From the NCBI GenBank assembly GCA_043228905.1, contig JBHGNT010000001.1:18972001-19036000 (forward strand): 64,000 nucleotides of DNA, written 5' to 3'. Positions 47,405 to 59,399 of the stretch are shown here, piece by piece. Position 1 is the first letter of the stretch. Each line of letters begins with the position of its first letter. The position numbers were made by a program, and so were the translations under genes. Below the pieces are notes generated by a model, which searched no databases, was not told the origin of the DNA, and saw only the letters and a list, made by a program, of their open reading frames with translations. Source of the stretch: Azolla caroliniana (taxonomy: Eukaryota > Plantae > Polypodiophyta).

Positions 47405-50400
47405 TGTAAAAAGAATAGCGTGCGGAAGCAATAGAAAACTGAACACAGAAACGCAGGTTTAATGGAAAGCTTAGAATATACATAGTACGTGGGAGAGAGA
47501 GAGAGAGAGAGCACACAAAACTCAATTAAAAAATAATACTCAATCTGTACATACGGATTGACAGAAGTACTGACACGTACTTCAATGCTCATAAATGAGC
47601 TCTACACAAACTCCCAAAATATATTCCTATGCAGAATATCTTTCCAATGGCCTCGTGGTTTATGCACAGCTATGGCTTACGTTATGCGTAATGTTTTACG
47701 CACCCAGTCTACGCACTAGGTTACGCACCGTGTTATGCACCCAACGTTGACCTTGTCACTCAACACTCCCCCTCAAGTTCAACTCAAGGTTCCGTCCGCT
47801 CTTCTAGACCTAAGCTCCGGTTCCTTCTGGCTTCACGCCTCGCTCGCGCTCCTCGACCCATTCGATTATGTGTGCTTCGACCCTTCCGGTTGGCTTGTCT
47901 GCTTGTTCGGCCCTTGCTCTCTTCTTCGGCTTCTTCAACAGGTCCGAAATCGAATTCTTCATCCGATTCCTCGTCACGATCACTTCCGCCGTGATGAACA
48001 CCCCTGCTCCTTTCACGCTCTTGTTCCTGTTCTTCCTTTCTCCCCCGCAAGTTCAGCGTGTCAAGGTGACGCAACCCTAGCGCACCTGAGAAATGTTGTA
48101 ACATGTCGAGACCAAGAGGCTTGGTGAAGATGTCGGCAACTTGCTGATCCATCGGAACATACGCTAGGTCGACCTCACTTGAAAGGACCCGCTCACGGAC
48201 AAAATGGTAATGCACCTCAATGTGCATGGTTTGGGCGTGGAACATGGGGTTTTTTGCAAGGTGGATACTGCTGAGTATGTCACAAAGGATCGTCGTCGGA
48301 TCAGACACCTCTACATGCAGATGTCGTAATAGCTGTTTTAGCCAAATGACTTCGCACGTAACGACAGTCGCCCCTCAATACTCGGCCTTCGTGCTCGACA
48401 ATGCTACTATCGGCTGCTTCTTACTGCTCCACGCAATCGCCAGACTTCCTAGAGAGAATGCGTATCCGGATGTGGATCTACGATCGTGAGCGTTTCCGTC
48501 CCAATCGGCATCCGTGTAGCCGACTAATTGTTCGGCTACTCTTGCTCCATATAGCAACGCCATGTCTTTCGTGCCGCTGACATATCGCAATGTCCTTTGA
48601 GTGCACTGAAAGTGTTCGACCGTAGGCTGCGACATGAATTGACTGATTAGTCCAACCGGGTAATTGAGGTCCGGCCGAGTAATAGTCAAATAGATGAGGC
48701 TTCCGACAATCTGTCGGAACCATGTCAGGTCGCATGCCTTTCCCAAATCTCAGCAAAGCTTTGCATTTCTATTCAGAGGAGTCAAGATGGGCTTACAGTT
48801 TGCCATCTCGAACTTGAAGAGCATATTTAGCGCGTAATGACGCTGGCTAATCAATATGCCTTCGGGGGTGCGGATCACTTTGATCCCGAGGAAGTAATGA
48901 AGGTCTCCAAGATCCTTCATTTCGAATGATGCCGCGAGTTGAGACTTTACGCGATGGATTTCGGCCAGGTCGGCACTAGCGATGACTAAATCATCAACAT
49001 ATAATAGGAGACTAACTGGTCCGTGATGACCTTGCTGAAAAAATAGAGAAGAGTCTGATGTCGATGTTGTAAAGCCCATCCTACGCAGTTGTTGCGTAAT
49101 CTTCGCGTTCCAGGCTCGCGGGGCTTGCTTAAGTCCGTACAGTGACTTCTTCAGTCGGCAAACTGCCGAGGTGTTTCGTTCGGATAGAAATCTAGGGGTT
49201 TGTACCATGTACACGTGTTCCTCAAGCTCACCTTGCAGGAACGCATTCTTTACCTCCATTTGATGTAGGTGCCACCCCTTTGCCGCAGCTAGTGCGAGCA
49301 ACAAGCGAACGGTCGTCATCTTCGCGACCGGTGCAAACGTCTCATCGTAGTCGATGTCGTGTTGTTGCGCGTAGCCTTTTGCTACTAACCGAGCCTTGTA
49401 TCGGTTGACCGAGCCGTTGGTGTTGTACTTGATGTTGTACACCCACCTACATCTGATCGACTTCACACCTTTCGGTGTGTCAACCAGGTCCCACGTTTCA
49501 TTCTCCAATAATGCGCGCATCTCTTCCTCCATTGCAGCACGCCAGTTCGTGTCTTTTGCCACTTCTGCATTGCTCTCTGGCTCACGCACTTCCGCCACTC
49601 GCGTCATGTACACGTAATGGTGCGCCATGTACTCATTATACCCGTATCTCTTTACGGGGTTCTTCAAGTGGGTAGATCAATGTAATTCGTGATTACCCGA
49701 TTTCAGGACCTTTTCGGCTACTGTCGACCTCTTCGGTGGAGGTTCCTTTTCAGTTTGCCCGTAGTCTGACTCGCTCCGATTTGACTCGGCACTGCCGAAG
49801 TTGTATTTCGGCATTTTCTTCTTGCCCTTCTCCTTGCACGTAAACCTCTCCTCAGTTCTTTACGCGGGGACATCACCGACTGAGTCTCCACTACTCGCCG
49901 TTTCTTCAATAGGTTGGCCCTTTCGGCACAACCCCTCATTCGGCCCACTTAGCCGAAATGAGATCGGACTCTCTTTCGGAGCTCCGATTTCTTCATCGTG
50001 CGGAGGCATTTCGGCCTCGCTGACTTCTTCCTCAAAATTCGGAATGGAGTCATGAGGTGTTGGAGGTGAAGGCAGGTACCATGAAGCGGATTCGTCGAAC
50101 ACAACATCTCGACTTACGCGTACTTCCTTTGTTCGAGGGTTATAACATTTCTACCCCTTCTGCTCGTCTGGATAGCCGACTAAGATGCACTTTTCGGCTT
50201 TCGCATCTAGCTTCCTCTTCTTTTCCTTCGGCACATGCACATATGCAATGCTACCGAAAATCCTCAAGTGTGCCAAGTTCGGCTTCTTCCCGAAATACAA
50301 TTCATGTGGCGACACTCCTCCATTAACAGAAGTCTGATTCTGCAAGTAGACAACCGTCTTCACAGTTTCGGCCCAATAAAATTTCGGCATATGCTTCTCT

Positions 50401-52808
50401 TCAAGCATTGGCTTGGCCGCTTCTTTGATTGTCCGATTCTTCCGCTCGGCCACGCCATTCTGCTGCGGCGTGTATCTACATGAGAATTCGTGTCGAATTT
50501 CCTTCTTCTGTAGGTAACTTGTGAACTGGTCGAAGAAGTACTTCTTCCCGCCATCGGACCGTAGGCATTTGCTCTTACAACCTGTTTCCCTTTCGCCAAG
50601 GCTCTTCACCTTCAGGAAACATGCGAAGATTTCACACTTTTTCGCGATTGCGCATACCCATGTGTGCCGAGTGAAGTCGTCGATGAAGGTTACAAAGTAA
50701 CGGCTTCCACTGAGAATCACATTCTGTGCCAGACCCCACACATCAAATCCAACGAACTTCGACTACGATTACTCTCGTTAGGGAATGGAAGTCGGTGTTG
50801 TTTTCCCATCTGACAGGCTTCACAGACTTGGCCATTACGGCCCCAAAATTTCAGCAAGCTGAAGACAATGTTCTTCGACTACATCTCACGAAGCCGTGGG
50901 AAATTTATGTGGCCAAACCGCTTGTGCCACATGTTGATATCCGATTCGACCTTTTGTCCTCTCGTGTACAACGCGGTGCCGGCTTGATTAGTGTCGAGGA
51001 TAAACATCCTCCCTTCACGGTACCCTTAAGCAATCACTTTGCCTTCCTCTTCTATGAAGCACCCTAGATGTGTGAATCGAACCTGCATTCCTTGGTCGAC
51101 AATTTGACCGACCGACACTAGGTTCTTCATTATTTTCGAGACGTGCAACACATTCATGAGTTTCCCTTGTTGCTCGATGTAGCTGAGGGGAACGTCACTG
51201 ACATGTTCGATGGTATGCAGAGTGTCATCTCTTGTTTTGACCACTCCTTGCGATTCCGGTTTCTCCAAGTACGAGAACCATTCCTCGTGACTCGTCATAT
51301 GATTTGACACTCCGGAATCAACATACCACACCTTGCTTGATTTCGAGGTGTTCACAGCCATAGAATTGGCCTTATGCTTCATTATGAAGGCTAGGCCCAA
51401 TGTGTTTCCGACTCGTTCAAAGCCTTCTGCGTAGTGTGATCTCTGACACGTCTCTGCGTCTCTTCGGCTCGATCCGGCTTTGTCTGAATCGGCTCGCTTT
51501 TTCTAGCACTCTCTCTCCTTGTGGCCTTTCTTGCCATAGTACCAACATTCCACGACGGGTTTCCCTTGCCAATTCTCGTCGCCTCGACTCCCCTATTTCC
51601 GAAGGGTCCGGAGTTGTTGTCGGCATCACTTCGGTGCCTTCTTCCTTGATCCCGGTGGCCGCCTCCATTGTGCACCGACTCGCCTCGTCCACCACGACCA
51701 CGGAGCCTATCTCCCTCCGTGTACAACATCTTGTTGTCGGCATGCGTGCTCGTCGACGCACCCGCGTGGTTCTCCTCTATAAGGAGCATTGACTGTAGGT
51801 CAAAAAATGACAGCACATTCTCCCGTGTACACATAATAGTTCAGAATGCTCCGAACTTCGATGCTAGTCCCCCGAGACAGATCTACACCATCTCGCCTTC
51901 CTCGACGTTCACATCGATAGAGGCTAAGGAGTCAAATATCTCTTTGATCTTCGAGGTGTAATCAGCCACCAACAAGTTGCGTTGTCATAAGTTGCTCAGC
52001 TCCTGTCGGAGTTGAAGCTTCCTGGCTGTGGTGCTTGCGGCGAAAATCTTCTTCAGATTTCCCCAAGCATCTTTCAGCGTTTTCGCATCCCGAATGTAGC
52101 TTAGAAGTTGTTCGCCCACACAAGATGTGAAGCAGTAGAGAACTCTACTCGCTGACTGTTCCCAAGCCAGGAAGTCTTTGTGTGTCGAATCGGGTGCTGT
52201 ATCATTTGCTTCGTCGACATAGCCCCAATAACCGTGCCCGAGCAGGTACTGGTGCATCTTGTAAGACCAAGACACGTAGTTGTTTTTGTCGAGCTTCTCT
52301 GTCGGAAGTGAGCTAGCCATGCCTCTATCCATTTGTTTTTCTTGTTCTTTGCGAAGGTTAGGTTTTCTTTCTCGAGCTGAGGTCGGACGCAGAGGTTCGC
52401 AACCCTCGTGCACTGATACCATGTAAAAAGAATAGCATCCAGAAGCAATAGAAAACCGAACACAGAAACGTAGGTTTAATGGAGAGCTTAGAATATACAC
52501 AATACTCGGGAGAGACACAGAGAGAGAGAGCACACAAAACTCAATGCAAAAATAATACTCAATCTATAGATAGGATGTGCTCAGTGAGCACTTTCATACA
52601 AGTCCATACAGACTGACAGAAGTACTAACACGTACTTCAATGCTCATAAATGAGTTGTACACTAACTCCCAAAATATATTCCTACGCGGAATATCTTTCC
52701 AACGGCCTCACAGTTTACGCACCGCTACGGCTTACGTTATGCGTAATGTTTTACGCACCCAGTCTACACACCGTGTTACGCACCCAACGTTGAGCTTGTC
52801 ACTTAAGA
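47405..52808 (-). mobile_element. Ty1/Copia element, near full-length, nested
   Basis: LTRs 47405-47765 and 52422-52808, TSD TAACC, PBS TGGTATCAG, PPT TTGAGGGGGAG. Contains gag (51985-52321), PR WYVDSGVSNHM, INT, RT and RNase H. Confidence 0.92.
48750..49667 (-). pseudogene. Copia reverse transcriptase
   Basis: YKARLVAKG, LKKSLYGLKQAPRAW, LLYVDDLVI. Confidence 0.9.
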
Positions 52809-53350
52809 TAACCCCCAAATGAAAGAGGTCTGAGTAAGGTGAGATGTCGTTTTGAACGAGTCGTCTTCGTGGTACTTGACTTCACCTCCAATCCTCATCC
52901 ACTCCATTCCGAATTCTGAAGATGAGGGTAGTGAGGCCAAGATGTCCCTTGAGGAAGAGGAAATGGGATCAAAGAGAATTCGATGTGGCTAGGAGAAAAG
53001 AGGGACCTCCGAAGACAACGTCGAACTCGGTCGAGAGGGCCAAGAAATCGGTGAACTAGAAGTTGCGTCGATACACCTGCCAAAAGAATGCCATAATTCA
53101 GTACGGGTATTATGAGTATATGGCGCATCATTATGCGTATATGGCGATAGTGACAAATGTGCGTGAGCCAAAGAGCTACACAAAAGCCGCGAAAGACGCG
53201 AATTGGTGTGCCGCTATGAGGAAGAGATGCGCATGCTAATGGAGAACGAGATGTGGGACTTGGTTGATGCCTCCAAGGGTGTAAAGACAATCAGGTGTAA
53301 AGCCGATCAGGTGGCAGGAGGTTAGAGTATGAAAGACAAGTGGGGGAAAA

Positions 53351-53752
53351 TGTCGGTAGCGAAAATTAAATATTATTATTAATGAGTTAGATTTCTAATA
53401 GGAACGGAAAGATTCGGAAGAGTGGCACCAATCCGGATCTGGACCGATTCATAGCTGGTTGTCGGTATTGCACCGTTTTGTAATCAGAGCCAGATACCTA
53501 TAAAAGGATCTGAAGAATGTTGTATTAAGGGACGGGTAGAATTTTCTTTGAGATTATAGTGTAATCTATGTGCATTCAGTTTTGTGCTTATTGTCATATC
53601 TTACGTGTGTAATCATCCCGTGCGCTCATAATCCGGAACCAGTCCAATAAAGGGATACCTGTGCCGGAAGCATTCACTCCATAACCACCCCTTTGGTGAA
53701 GTGATCCAGAAGGACACCCTGTGTTAGTGGCTAGTCTAGACTAGGATTAACA
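53351..53752 (+). repeat. Gypsy-type LTR with an upstream PPT-like tract and a downstream PBS
   Basis: TG..CA ends and shared motifs with 45529-45989. AAAGACAAGTGGGGGAAAA lies before it and TGGCGACCAC at 53759 after it. Confidence 0.7.
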
Positions 53753-54904
53753 CTTTTTTGGCGACCACTAAGGGAGCCCCCTTTGGAGAAGAAGTTGAAG
53801 AAGGATATGTGGCGGAAGTATGTTCGAGACGACATGAAATCAAATCAACAAGAGTGTGAGAATGGCTATGACATCTATGCGAGTGTGTGGTTAGCGAACG
53901 ATGAGCGGCAAATCAAATCAGAAATATGCAAGAAATGGAATCGATGTATGTGTGAGAATGGTGGCGATGATGTACGAGAAATCAAATGGACGATGTGCGG
54001 GAAATGGTGATGGTGATTGGAAGCCATCAAGGTCAAGGAATGCAACACGGTGATGTGTGCAAGAGGACATCGCAGAAGGATACACAACGGTCATATGTGC
54101 AAGTGTGCAGTTAGCGACAATGTGCGTGTGCGGGAAAGCGTGGTGCGAGAGACAACCAAAAAGACGAAGATGAACTCATTGAGACAACGACAACAACAGA
54201 GACGCCAGGCAATGATGAGGACGGAATAATGAACGGAGGACTGGAAAGCCATGCTTGCAGATAGAAAGACATGGTTAGACTGAAACAACACACCTAAAAA
54301 ACAACCGAGACGGAGACAGCCGAGACAACGAAACCAGACGGATAGCAGGACGGCCGGGATGACGACCGGAACGGCTGAACAAAGACAAATCGATGGTCGG
54401 ACATGTGCCCAAATAGCGACTAGGCCGGATCGGACAAACACAGCCGGATAGGACACCGAAGACAAAGCAAAGTGGCCAGACAAAAGCCGGAGTGGCCGGA
54501 ATGGCAGAACATCGGTCGGAGTGACCGAACAACACTGGAACAGAGGCGACCGGATTGGACAAATAGACGATGTAGGACACTGACAACCGGATGACAGCCG
54601 AAACAGTGACAAAGATGGACGGCCAACATAGGCAAAGGACAACGATGGCGACAGCCGGACGAGCCAATAGAGACGACGACAACAACGGAACTAGTCGGAC
54701 CTACGTGAAGCGTAAGTGCATGCAAACTCCCTCGTAAAAGGACTACTCTTTCCTACATGCATAGTGTTTGGGGTTGTCTCCCCCGTAAACTTAGATTACA
54801 ACACTAATCTAGATTTATGTTACAAGTTCGTCGGCATATAGTCGAGCTGGCATAGGTGAGATCCGTGTCGAGCCTAGCATAGCTCATTATCATGATTGAT
54901 TCGG

Positions 54905-57900
54905 TCAAATCTTACCTTCTCCTCCTTGTTCGACTTTCTTCTGCTCACCAAGTTGTCGTAGTCCCATCTTTGTCCTTAGTGCTCCGAAGCATTGATATGG
55001 GAGTGGCTTTGTCACGCAATCAATGATGTTCACCTCGGTGTCAATCTTCTGGACTTTGAGCATCTTCTCTGTTGTGAGCTCCCGGATGTGATGATACCGC
55101 ACCTCAATATTCTTCGTCTTTGCATGATAATGAGATTGTTGATGAGGTGTATTGTGCTCTGTGAGTCGCAATAGATGGTTTGTGCAGGTCGGTCGGTTTG
55201 GCTTATAGCTGAGAAGTCGAGTACATAGTAGCATCGAAGGCAGTGGAGGAAGCGATTTGGCTGCATCGACTATGTGCCGTGCATACAGTCGATGCGGCCA
55301 AATCCGCGAGTACGTGTCAAAAGGGGCAGGACCACAAGGGTCTCGAACGAGGAAGAGAGGAATGCCGGGAAGCCGACTCTCTCCGGTCCCGACTGCACTG
55401 GTTGTGGCGCAAACCGGCGCGATTCCAGACACGTACCAGAGGCTACCGAACACGAGAGAGAGAGAGAGAGAGAGAGAGCACGCGCGCCACACCGACTCAA
55501 CACACGCCTCTTATGTAAATGAAATAAAAGGAAAGAAACGCACCCATCCGCACTGCTCTGCCATATCTTGGGATCCCGTTCACCTGCCGCCACCGTCCAT
55601 CTCTCTAGGTCTCACGCCAGCTCTCGAGCTGACTGCCGGAGTCTCCGGATCAGTATGAGGATCGCCTTAGGACCGCTCCATCGCTGCCTTTGCCCTCGTC
55701 CCCTCGTCCCCTCGCCGCCACCATCAGTTTCTTGGTCTTACGTTAGCTCCGATGCTGACTGCCGAAGTCTCTTGATACGGTGTAAAGGATCCTCCTTGCG
55801 CCTCTCGTCTTTCCGACCCTATCCCGGATCTTCCTTCTCCGCATATCGAGAGGGTGGCTTGCTCCGCGCCCTCTCCTGTGGTACGATGTACCGTGTTCTG
55901 GCCTCTTCGTAGGCCTGTTTCCTCCCCCCTTCTGGATCGGTTATCCGGACTCATCCGGGCTCTTCCGATCTCTCTCTACATTATCGGATCCCATTCTTCT
56001 GCCACCACCATCAGTATCTTGGTCTTATGTCAGCTTTCGATGCCGACTGCCGAAGTCTCGAGCCTAGTGTGAGGTAACCCATAGGACCGGTCTTCGTTCC
56101 TCCGCTTCCGGATCGGTTATCTGGAAGTCTGCTCCACCCGGTTCTCGTCCGGGTCCGTCTGTCACTCTGCATTACTGGATCTTGTTCTCCTTCCGCCACC
56201 GTCAATATCTTGTTCTTACATCGGCTTTCGATGATGACCGCCGATGTCTCTAGCCCGGTGTGAGATGACCCATAGGACTGGTCTTTGTTTTACTGCATCC
56301 GATGTACTTCTCTCGAAATAGTCTCCATCTCCCATCTCTCTAGATCTCACGTCGGCTCTCGGGCCGGCTGCCGGACTCTCCGGATGAGATGTGGGGATAC
56401 CTATTCCGAAACAACTCCCGACGACTCGTCCAAGGCCACTGACCCTTTTAGTGGTGTCGGTGGAAAGCATCCGCTCTATGATCAATCAAGCCCACCTGGG
56501 CTTGATTCTCCAATGTCCGGAGTTTCGGCTCCGATGCCAATCCTGCCGGACTTGTTTAGTACCCTCGATCATCTTCATCCCGATTCCCAACCTTCGCCTG
56601 GTCAGTCTTTCTCCCCATGTAAAAGAGGGTGGCTTGTCTTGCACCCTCTCCCATATCGGCACCTTCATACCGAACCCAGCCCCTATCGATCGGCTCTACT
56701 ACATCTCCCTTGTCTTTCGTGTCTTGGGCCGGTTTCGGTCGAATGATCAACATCCGGATTGTGCTCCAACCGAATCAGAATGCCAACCACTTTGATCCCC
56801 GGTCGGGTCGACTTCCAATTCCACTCCCCTCAACATCAGATCTCATTTCCTCTTTCTTTGCCGTGGCTCCGTCCTCGACCTCCTTGCAGGCCGTTTCCCA
56901 TCTATCTTTGCTAGCATCGTGCCAGGACTCCTCGTTGGCGCCTTCCATCTCTCCGGTCTTATGTCGGCACATGGCTCGACTGCCGGAGTCTCCGGAATCC
57001 GCGTGGAGGGCTCTTCTCCGCTCCTGACCTCCTCCTCGGCCAGTCTTTCTCCGCAAGTGGAGAGGGAGTTTGGCTCCATACCCTCTCCCATGAGACCTTC
57101 GTACCATTCTTCGACCTCTGCCTGGGCCATGTCCGCCTTTTCTGGAAGGCCGACTAGCTCTGAGTCTTCAGAATCCGTCTATGTGTCGGATCTCCCTTCT
57201 TCAACCATTGCCTTTGGAGCCTCATACGCTTCGACATCGAGCTTCGTCGATCCTTCTTGTTGCGTGTCCACTTCGTGCCGTGATAACACACCGTTGCTCG
57301 TCATCTTCCCTTTTCCTTTCGCGGATCGCTCCTCATCCAACCGTCGGCATACTCGTTCAACATCCGACTAGTCCTCGGTAAGGCCATTCACTCCGTCGTC
57401 TTCTTCGAGCTCAATCCCGATGGCCTCCCGTTCTGTTCAGTCGATGGACCTAATGAACAACATGACTTTGTCCACCCCCACCAGACTTTGCTCCCACTCC
57501 GGGAGTCGGTCAAGCCGCCGCTCGAACTCTCGGAATGCCTTCGTTGCGCCCCGGTCGAAGTCGCGTCGTCCTTGGCTCTTCCACCGTCCTCCGTATTCCT
57601 ACAGGAGCGCCTCTTTGAAGGCCTCCCACGAACTATGAGCTTCTCGGAGCTCCTTTACTTCCGCGTGCATACGGACAATGACGACCCAACAGAAGAACTC
57701 CAACCTCAATGCCTCATCTATGCCCCGCACCTCCATTTCCGCATCGTAGGCTTCTAGGTAGAATGGGAGTTTGTCCCCGTTGAAACGACTGACTCTTTTG
57801 ACCACTCACTCAATAGCTCGTTGCGCTGCTTCTCGCCTCATCACCACTTGTCCGAACTCCAACATCACTTCGGCCACCATCTCCACGAAGTCATCGTCTT

Positions 57901-59200
57901 CTGACTCCATACTCCCTTGCCGCCCTTCACGTCAGCTTCACCAAAGATGTCACGGTAATCCACGAGTACATGTCGAAAGGGGCGGGACCACGGGGTCTCG
58001 GACGAGGAAGAGAGGGATGTCGAGAAGTCGACTCTCTCCGGTCCCGGCTGCCCTAGTTGTGGCGCAAACTGGAGCGATTCCGGACACGTACCAGAGGCTA
58101 CCGAACACGAGAGAGGGAGAGAGAGAGTGAGTGAGAGAGCAGGCGCGCAACACCGACTCAACACACACCTCTTATGTACAGGAAACAAAAGCAAAGAAAC
58201 GCACCCGACACCAATAGAGACACGAATATGCACAACATTATATATATATATAATTACAAGAGAAAGCTACAACTCCGGCTTCGAGCCGGACTAAGGTAGG
58301 TTAGGTTACAACAACTGTATGTTGCCAAGACACCGATCGGGGAGCTCTCGGGCTCGTCGCGCCGAGCGGGGTCTTGCACAAGAGACTGAGCAGAAGCAAA
58401 CCCCACAAGACATACAAGGTCTTCACTAGACTAGAACCTAAACAGACATGAAGAAGAAGACCTCAAAGAAACTCTAAAGTAAGAAGTAGAAGAACTAACA
58501 CACCTTCTACCTAAGTGGTATACCCTCCTAACTCAAAATGGGCAACCCCTTACAAGTGACCCCTCCCTTCCTTTTATAGCCCAAGGAGGGAGGGACCTTA
58601 CAATGTAGGATAAATTTCCCCTCTTTATTCTATAGACCATTTTACATTGTAAATGTGCACATGTTGCACACCGCCGACTTGCCCATTCCATCCGGTTTCA
58701 CACCGTAGCCGGAAATCTTCACGACACCATATTCCCAGCATAGTCGGAATCGGTGTAGCCTTCAACTTTGGTTGAGGTTGTTAGTCTGAAAGTCAGTTGT
58801 GTATCTTCGGTCCCCCTCAGGTACCTGAAGATATGCTTGACAGCCTCCCAATGCTTTCGTCCACGGTTTGACATGTACCGGTTGACCACTCCTACGGCAT
58901 AGGCTAGGTTGGGTCGCATCACCACCATTGCATACATGATACTTCCTATGACCGATGTGTAGGGAATATTTCCATTAAGCTCTCTCTCCTTTTCTATTGA
59001 AGGAGAGTCTCTGTCCGATAGTCGAATCGACGTTGGAAGCAGTGTTGGTGCTGACTTCGCATTTTCCATATTGAAGTGCTTCAGCACCTTCCGGATATAG
59101 TCAGACTGGGAGAGTTGGGGAGTCTTGGTCATCCAATTTCGCTCGATCCTCATGCCTAGTATGTGATGGGCTTCGCCGAGTTCCGTTATCGTGAACTTGT
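54905..59200 (-). mobile_element. Copia RT/RNase H remnant split by a gag-only element
   Basis: RT end LSQSDYIRKVL..GYTDSDYAGNM (58727-59200); RNase H YCDSQS..TKNIEVRYHHIRE..DCVTKPL (~54905-55217). Confidence 0.8.
55302..58726 (-). mobile_element. Second gag-only LTR element with tRNA-Trp-like PBS (3' LTR truncated)
   Basis: LTR 57948-58726 (TGTCACG..CACGACA) with a partial copy at ~55302-55547. Minus-strand PBS TGGTGAAGCTGACGTGA at 57927-57943. Gag-like FNGDKLPFYLEAY..SWEAFKEALL..IELEEDDG resembles 16.5-17.0 kb. Confidence 0.75.
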
Positions 59201-59399
59201 CATTGTTAGCTGGACAGAATGGGCATCCGATAAGTGTGGAAGCGTCAGAGTCGACAAGGTTCGGAAGTATGGAGTTAGAGTCGTATTGACTATGTGGATC
59301 GATGAGTCACCAGTTTTGCCGATTAAATAAAAAATACGAATATTAACTAGGGTTAGTTAGAGTTTTGTTAGTTCTTGCTGATAAGGCAAATTGTAATTC

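Larger units (their letters stand above)
40000..53312 (+). mobile_element. Truncated host Ty1/Copia element (pieces ~40000-41525, 47394-47404, 52809-53312)
   Basis: CWYSGRKGHTESEC, WYVDLGGSNHM and IHSDVWGP, then GYKC|YNP|QMKEV..DVV..SSWY, which reads through once the two inserts are removed. Confidence 0.85.
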
